In this document: one piece after another, positions 58,563 through 64,000 of the stretch
How positions within the stretch are numbered: the stretch's first letter is position 1
Layout of the letters: each line of letters begins with the position of its first letter
NCBI GenBank assembly: GCA_043818055.1
Contig: JBDRGF010000060.1
Coordinates: 516-64,515 of the forward strand
Direction of reading: 5' to 3'
Length of the DNA stretch: 64,000 nucleotides
DNA from: Pseudomonadota bacterium
GTDB lineage: Bacteria; UBA10199; 2-02-FULL-44-16; JBDRGF01
Translations under genes and position numbers: made by a program
Notes under the pieces: model-generated
Seen by the model: the letters and a program-made list of their open reading frames with translations, nothing else
What the model was told of the DNA's origin: nothing
The model's database searches: none

Positions 58563-59828
58563 TTACATCTCTATATCCACAAAATGCATGGGCAAGTCTT
58601 TGATTAAGACCTCTCTCTGTTGCTTTGAATGCATATCTCTCACTATCGCCATGCCCTTGCTCAGCTCCTCATCCCCGATTATCACTACCGTCTGAGCCCC
58701 CAGTTTATCCGCGCGCCTCATCTGCGATTTGAGCGAGCGCTGCATGTAATCCCATTCGACACAAACGCCGTCCCTTCTTATCCTCTGAATGATAGGCAAT
58801 ACCGCTTGTAAGGATTTTTCACCGATGAGGGCGAAATAGATGAATGGTTTTGTTTTAGGCTTCGATAAGTTTAAGCTCTCGAGGATCAGCATCAAACGCT
58901 CTAATCCAAGTGCCCATCCTACTCCTGCGACATCGGGTCCACCCAGAGCTTTTACCAAGCCGTCGTAGCGGCCACCTCCTGCTATCGCATCCTGAGCGCC
59001 TAGTGCCCCTGATACAAATTCAAAGGCCGTTCTGACATAATAATCAAGCCCGCGCACTATCCTCGTTTCTACCTCATAAAGAACTCCGACCGCTGAAAGA
59101 ATCGATTTCAAAGAATCGAAATGGGTTACGCATTTTTCACACCAGAAGTCTCCGATAGTTGGCGCATCGACCAAAAGTTTTTGACAATCGGAGTTTTTGC
59201 AGTCTAATACCCTGAGAGGATTTTTCCCCATCCTCCGCTGACAGTCGGGACACAGATCTTTCGCGACCTTGTCTTTAAGGAATGCAAAGAACTGTTTTTG
59301 AAATGTGGGTCGACAGTCGTCACATCCCAGAGAGTTGATTTTTAGTTTCCAATCTTCTATGCCAAGCTCCTTCAACAGGTGTGTGAGCATCACTATCACC
59401 TCAGCATCTGCGTGAGGTGTTTCAACTCCAAGAAGCTCGACCCCTATCTGATGAAACTGGCGCTGTCTTCCTTTTTGCGGACGCTCATATCTGAACATCG
59501 GGCCTATATAATAGTAGCGCGCCAATGGATCGTTAGAATCGATATTGGCGATGTATGATTTCACTATCGAAGCGGTGCCCTCAGGGCGCATGGCGAGTTT
59601 GTTTTCACTTTTGTCGGTGAGGGTGTACATCTCCTTCTCGACTATCGCTGTGTTTTCACCCACACCTCTTACGAAGAGTTCCACAGGTTCTAAGATCGGA
59701 GTTCTTAGCTCTTCAAATCCATAAAACGAAAAAACCTCTCTGGCGCATTTCTCGACCTGAGCCCACAGAGAACTCTGAGGCGGGGCTATGTCCGGCATCC
59801 CCCGAACACTTTTTATCAAATTTTTCAT
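58563..59828 (-). CDS. hisS: histidyl-tRNA synthetase
   Basis: 421 aa; class II motifs; MKNLIKSVRGMPD N-terminus. Confidence 0.9.
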   Translation of the reverse strand: MKNLIKSVRGMPDIAPPQSSLWAQVEKCAREVFSFYGFEELRTPILEPVELFVRGVGENTAIVEKEMYTLTDKSENKLAMRPEGTASIVKSYIANIDSNDPLARYYYIGPMFRYERPQKGRQRQFHQIGVELLGVETPHADAEVIVMLTHLLKELGIEDWKLKINSLGCDDCRPTFQKQFFAFLKDKVAKDLCPDCQRRMGKNPLRVLDCKNSDCQKLLVDAPTIGDFWCEKCVTHFDSLKSILSAVGVLYEVETRIVRGLDYYVRTAFEFVSGALGAQDAIAGGGRYDGLVKALGGPDVAGVGWALGLERLMLILESLNLSKPKTKPFIYFALIGEKSLQAVLPIIQRIRRDGVCVEWDYMQRSLKSQMRRADKLGAQTVVIIGDEELSKGMAIVRDMHSKQQREVLIKDLPMHFVDIEM

Positions 59829-59871
59829 TTCTACTCTCTCTTTAGGAAATCGGTGAAAAAATTTATCTTGT

Positions 59872-59945
59872 TGTCATCCTGAGTGAAACGAAGGGGCTTA
59901 GATTTTTGAAATTACAAGATTCTTCGCTTCGCTCAGAATGACAGA
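59872..59945. repeat. long inverted repeat (22-bp arms, 3 mismatches, 28-nt loop) in the hisS leader
   Basis: TGTCATCCTGAGTGAAACGAAG ... CTTCGCTTCGCTCAGAATGACAGA. Confidence 0.6.
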
Positions 59946-59993
59946 CATCTGAGTTTTACTGTTTTTCACCATTCCAGTTTTAGGGTATAATTT

Positions 59994-61394
59994 TTATTTT
60001 TTTATCTTCTCAATTTCCGATAAATATTTTTTTAATTTTGGGAACGACTTTTCTTTCCCTTTCAATTTCACAAAGAGATTCATCGCTTTTTTAAGTTCAT
60101 CATTACACTCATCGGAAAGCCCCATATCCATATACGCCTTTGCGAGCAAAAAAGCCGCCTCACCCTGGCGAAAGTAATTGTCAAAATCTTCAGAGGGAGT
60201 TTTAGGGATCGGTTTTTCTTCTATTGTTTTTTTGACCTGAGGCTTCTCCGGGGACTTTTCAACCTTCTTTTCCTGTGCAGGGGGTTTTACCGCCTTCTGT
60301 GTTTCGGCCTTTGCTTTTTTTGGCCTTCTGCGACCTCTGACAGTCTGACTCTCCTCATCATCCTCCTGCATCTTCTTTCTTTCCTCTTCTTCCCTCTTTT
60401 TCTCCTCCTCCAACTCCTTTTTATTTTTTTCCTCTATGATTTTCTTCTCGTTATGCCAATCCTTCTCAAGTTTTTTCCAGAGCCCGGATTCTAAATCCTC
60501 AACCTCCTTTGACACTTTATCCTCTTCATCCGGCATGAGGAGAAGAATTTTTAAATATGTTTTCAAAACCCCGTCGATATTCTCATCATCCCTGTAGAGA
60601 TCGGTGAGGAGATAATATTTTGTCACAGCCGAATCGAGTTGATTCAGAGAAGAATATAAATCCGCCTGCTTTTCCAGGAGGTCATGATCCTCGTCAACGA
60701 AATCCTGAAATTTTTCCAACCACTCAAGCGCTTTCTTTCTTTCATTTTGTTTATAATAGATGTTGATGAGGCTTCTGACTAAATCCGTCCTGTCATCCTG
60801 GTGCGACAATATCTTCTCATAGAGCTCGATCCTCTTTCTTTCTTCGATGCCTTTCTCCTCGAGCTGTTTAACATAAATTTCAGTCTCCTTGAGCGCTTGA
60901 TCGACTTCGCCTACACACTGATATACATCGGCGAGCCTCATCCTCGCATTTCCATCTTCAGGCTGAAGCTCCACAATCTTTTTTCTGAGCTCAAGTGCCC
61001 TTGCCATCTCTGAGCGTGCCTCCATGGCTGAAGCGACGATGTCATATTGTCTAACGGCGTCGTTTATCAAACTCATCTTTTCATAGAGTTTTCCTAGTTC
61101 TTCATTGATTTCAAACATCGATGGATTGAGCCTTAAGATATTCTTGTAAACAGTTACGGCCTTTAAAAAGAAACCCTCTTTTGTGTAGCTTGTGGCTACC
61201 TCGTTATAAAAACGAAGCGCACTGGATATCTGTTTTCTCTTGATATAGAGCTCGGCGATTTTAAGTTTCACCCGAAGATCGGTTGGGTCGACCAGCAAAA
61301 TCTTTTCATATTCCTTTATAGCTTTATCAATTTTACCAGTTTCGATAAAGGTGTTGGCCTGTTCCAGAATCTTTTCCTTGTTCAGAATCGTCAT
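59994..61394 (-). CDS. TPR-repeat protein with a KE-rich low-complexity region
   Basis: Multiple 34-residue TPR-like repeats; charged EEKKREEEERKK segment. Confidence 0.6.
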   Translation of the reverse strand: MTILNKEKILEQANTFIETGKIDKAIKEYEKILLVDPTDLRVKLKIAELYIKRKQISSALRFYNEVATSYTKEGFFLKAVTVYKNILRLNPSMFEINEELGKLYEKMSLINDAVRQYDIVASAMEARSEMARALELRKKIVELQPEDGNARMRLADVYQCVGEVDQALKETEIYVKQLEEKGIEERKRIELYEKILSHQDDRTDLVRSLINIYYKQNERKKALEWLEKFQDFVDEDHDLLEKQADLYSSLNQLDSAVTKYYLLTDLYRDDENIDGVLKTYLKILLLMPDEEDKVSKEVEDLESGLWKKLEKDWHNEKKIIEEKNKKELEEEKKREEEERKKMQEDDEESQTVRGRRRPKKAKAETQKAVKPPAQEKKVEKSPEKPQVKKTIEEKPIPKTPSEDFDNYFRQGEAAFLLAKAYMDMGLSDECNDELKKAMNLFVKLKGKEKSFPKLKKYLSEIEKIKK

Positions 61395-62099
61395 CTAGAC
61401 TCTCTCCCCTAGAGAGTTTAGTCCCTCCCTGGCCTTCGCGTTTTCGGGTTCCTTGTCGAGGATGGCCTGATAAATTCTACGCGCCTTTCTGATATGTCCC
61501 TGAGAGCTGAAAATACGTGCCATTGTCAATGTTTGCCAATGAGCCGAAGTCTTCATCTTTTCCTCGTCGTAATATTCTTCCTCTTTCTCCTCATCGTCGT
61601 TTGACTTAAATTCATATTCATCTTCATCCACATCTTCCTGAAGCTGTTCATCAGGTTCACTTACTAATTCAGTTTCAATCTCATGAGGTGCAGCCGGTTT
61701 TTCAAAGAGCTGCTCTGCGACAACAATTTTGCCATCCAGCTCCTTTATCATCTTTGAAGCGACGGGATGGTGTGGAATTTTTGAGAGGATCAATTTGAGC
61801 TCATCCTTTGCGAGCTCTTTATTTTCTCTATGCTTATGAATCTTTGCCATGACAAGATGTCCGCTGATCAAGTCGGGATGCTGATCCATCCCCTCCTTTG
61901 CGACAGCATAGGCTTCATCGGGCATGCCATATAAAAGAAAGTATTCAGCAACCGAAGCGAAGATGACAGAATTAGGCTCTTCCTGCCATTTCTGATAATA
62001 TCTTAAAAACAAGGAATTGTTCAGAAGGTCTGGATGTAACTTCATACAAACCCAGAAATACACAAATTGAAGCACTTTCGCAACGCCTTTTGGCAGCAA
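61395..62099 (-). CDS. TPR-like protein with an acidic segment
   Basis: Abuts the stop codon of the upstream TPR gene. Confidence 0.5.
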   Translation of the reverse strand: MLPKGVAKVLQFVYFWVCMKLHPDLLNNSLFLRYYQKWQEEPNSVIFASVAEYFLLYGMPDEAYAVAKEGMDQHPDLISGHLVMAKIHKHRENKELAKDELKLILSKIPHHPVASKMIKELDGKIVVAEQLFEKPAAPHEIETELVSEPDEQLQEDVDEDEYEFKSNDDEEKEEEYYDEEKMKTSAHWQTLTMARIFSSQGHIRKARRIYQAILDKEPENAKAREGLNSLGERV

Positions 62100-62190
62100 A
62101 AAGCACTATATAAGTGATTTTACCCTTATGGTTCCATACTTTGATCGAAATAGACCTCTAACGTAATGATTTTAAAGCGTATTTTTGAAA

Positions 62191-62991
62191 TCAGAAGAGG
62201 TTGAGATACCAGCTTATAATGTTGTTGCCGTAGAAGAGAAAGAGCATCGCGGCGAAGGCCATGAATGGTCCAAACGGAATTTCAAAATATCTCCCCTTGC
62301 GAAGGACGACGATTGTGAAAATGCCGACTACCAATCCGATGAGTGAGGAGGCGAGCAAAATGAAGATGATCGATTGCCAGCCGAAAAAGGCCCCGAGCAT
62401 CGCGGCAAATTTGACATCTCCACCCCCCAATCCCTCCCGTTTTTTTAATTTTTCATACCCGAGCGCCACCAAAAAGAGAAAACCACCCCCCACAACTACG
62501 CCGATCACGGAATCGAGCAGCTCATGAAATCTTAAAGCCGGATGTGCAAAGATAAAACGGACGGCGAGCCCTGCGAATATGCCGGGTATCGAAAATATAT
62601 CCGGTATAATTTTGTGTCTTAAGTCTATGAAGGTGATGATGATGAGCGGCAATACCAGTAAAAAATAATATGCGAGAAAGCGACCGATAGTTCTGAAGTG
62701 CCACCAGAGCATAAGGGCCAAGAGTATGGAGAGGATTTCGACGATCGGATACTGAATCGAAATCCTCTTTTTGCATTCCCGGCAGCGTCCCAGGAGAAGG
62801 ATATAACTGATTAGAGGAATATTCTCCCACCATGAGAGCTGATGGGAACAACAAACACAGTGGGATCTGGGGCTCACGACAGATTTCCCTCCGGGAATTC
62901 GGACGATGCAAACGTTCGCAAAGCTGCCCATGAGCGCGCCAAGCACCCCGGCGATTATGTAGTAACTGTATGCAGGAAGGAAAGTTAACAT
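62191..62991 (-). CDS. pilD: type IV prepilin leader peptidase (A24 family)
   Basis: Tetracysteine CxxC...CxxC motif; GGGDVKF catalytic Asp motif; multiple TM segments. Confidence 0.85.
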   Translation of the reverse strand: MLTFLPAYSYYIIAGVLGALMGSFANVCIVRIPGGKSVVSPRSHCVCCSHQLSWWENIPLISYILLLGRCRECKKRISIQYPIVEILSILLALMLWWHFRTIGRFLAYYFLLVLPLIIITFIDLRHKIIPDIFSIPGIFAGLAVRFIFAHPALRFHELLDSVIGVVVGGGFLFLVALGYEKLKKREGLGGGDVKFAAMLGAFFGWQSIIFILLASSLIGLVVGIFTIVVLRKGRYFEIPFGPFMAFAAMLFLFYGNNIISWYLNLF

Positions 62992-63060
62992 GAGGTCGGC
63001 TATTTTACATAAAAGAATAGTTTGGTCACGGGTTTTTATGTAGGAGGATGTCAGTTTAAC

Positions 63061-63993
63061 TTATTTCAACAGCACATCGACTATTTTTTTGATCTCCTTC
63101 GCATAAATCATATCTATATTCAATCTGAAGTACCAATCATCATTAGTTGGAAATTTTTTCATAAACTCCTGAATCTTTAGCTTTTGAAGCTCTGGAATAA
63201 AGTGTTTTCCAACCTTTGATAGAATTATAACAAAGTAGGCCTGAATTGGAATTGGTTCGCTGTTGCCGGTGTCGTGTCGTAGCATCTCCGGGATGGCATC
63301 CTTTTGACGGACATGTAGATTGAGCGTACGAATTCTATCCCATAGCAAGGGAACAACTTTGGTCTTCTGAAAGTATGCGACAACCTTTTTGATAAATTTT
63401 TCATCTGAAACATTCACCAGTGCAGCCAATGGACTCAAGAGTTTTTCATTTCCCGGGCAGTAAAGTGAATTGTATGGACTCAAACTCCTTTGAAAATCAT
63501 GGGGAAGCATTGGATCTACTTTAACTGTATTGAGCACACTTCCACTATTTGCCGCTCCTATGACCCTGGCCTTTAACTTATTACGAGCCAATCTCATTTT
63601 GTTCGTATCTGAAATCACCTTCATTATTGATTCAATTAATTTTGTCTTTTGATAGCTCTCCAATGCGATATCGGGATCAATTTCAACAAGCCTTGCGGCA
63701 AATTTTAATCCAATTACAAGAGAGCTCACCCTAAAATCCACCGCCTTGGGATGAAAACTCATTTGACTCAGGGCGTGCAGGATCGGAAACTGTTGAAGCA
63801 ATCTTACAGCCAGTTGACATATAGTAGTGAAGAGCTTTTGTTTCTGCCCGCTAGTAAGTTTAACGCTTCTAGCCATTTCGACAGTAGCACTCATGGCTTT
63901 AAACGTCTCCATCCATCTGTGTGCCATCCAATTGCGAAGTATTATCTTCTGTTTTTTAAACTTATATAATATTTTTTGTTCGAGACGGGCCAT
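63061..63993 (-). CDS. hypothetical protein
   Basis: ORF only. Confidence 0.35.
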   Translation of the reverse strand: MARLEQKILYKFKKQKIILRNWMAHRWMETFKAMSATVEMARSVKLTSGQKQKLFTTICQLAVRLLQQFPILHALSQMSFHPKAVDFRVSSLVIGLKFAARLVEIDPDIALESYQKTKLIESIMKVISDTNKMRLARNKLKARVIGAANSGSVLNTVKVDPMLPHDFQRSLSPYNSLYCPGNEKLLSPLAALVNVSDEKFIKKVVAYFQKTKVVPLLWDRIRTLNLHVRQKDAIPEMLRHDTGNSEPIPIQAYFVIILSKVGKHFIPELQKLKIQEFMKKFPTNDDWYFRLNIDMIYAKEIKKIVDVLLK

Positions 63994-64000
63994 CTTTGTT

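Noticed and set aside
59872-59945. T-box riboswitch upstream of hisS
   Set aside because: No specifier loop or T-box consensus (AATTAGGGTGGTACCGCG-like) is present. The structure is a simple long hairpin.

Overview
This is a bacterial chromosomal window of roughly 50% GC that spans the replication-origin neighbourhood. The syntenic core is recF-dnaN-dnaA on the minus strand and rpmH-rnpA-yidD-yidC on the plus strand. Two perfect DnaA boxes lie upstream of dnaA, and an AT-rich stretch with degenerate boxes lies between dnaA and dnaN.

Other content, in order along the window:
- a cluster of three minus-strand tRNAs (Ala-CGC, Arg-CCG, Val-CAC);
- a heterodimeric ABC exporter pair;
- a stand-alone archaeal-type GatE-like amidotransferase gene in an operon with an FHA-domain protein;
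- an NtrC-type sigma54 activator with a 7TM sensor kinase;
- one IS256-family insertion sequence;
- mtnA;
- a bifunctional homocysteine methyltransferase/MTHFR;
- dtd, aspS, hisS and a prepilin peptidase;
- three consecutive, highly degenerate NuoL/M/N-like antiporter-type membrane proteins with no partner subunits.

The stretch I consider most likely to be an undescribed system is an AT-rich, compositionally foreign block at about 33.2-44.2 kb. Its core, 35.3-44.2 kb, is fronted by a textbook sigma54 promoter and encodes:
- a radical-SAM-like protein with a non-canonical Cx8Cx2C motif;
- an alanine-racemase-type PLP enzyme;
- an ABC-2 exporter (an ATPase with a C-terminal extension, plus two permeases);
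- a PaaK/CapK-like adenylating ligase;
- two ATP-grasp ligases.
This reads as a sigma54-controlled ligase-based biosynthesis and export system for a D-amino-acid-containing peptide or polymer.

Two further, nearly identical sigma54 promoters drive an AbiEi-like regulator (which also has an inverted-repeat operator and a decayed downstream partner) and an 82-aa orphan ORF.

The genome carries two dispersed intergenic repeat families. One is a REP-like palindrome bounded by GTAGGGG...CCCCTAC. The other is a family of heptamer-periodic CACTAAA/CACTTCT arrays. There is also a G12 homopolymer upstream of an outer-membrane beta-barrel gene. No CRISPR array and no rRNA gene were found.
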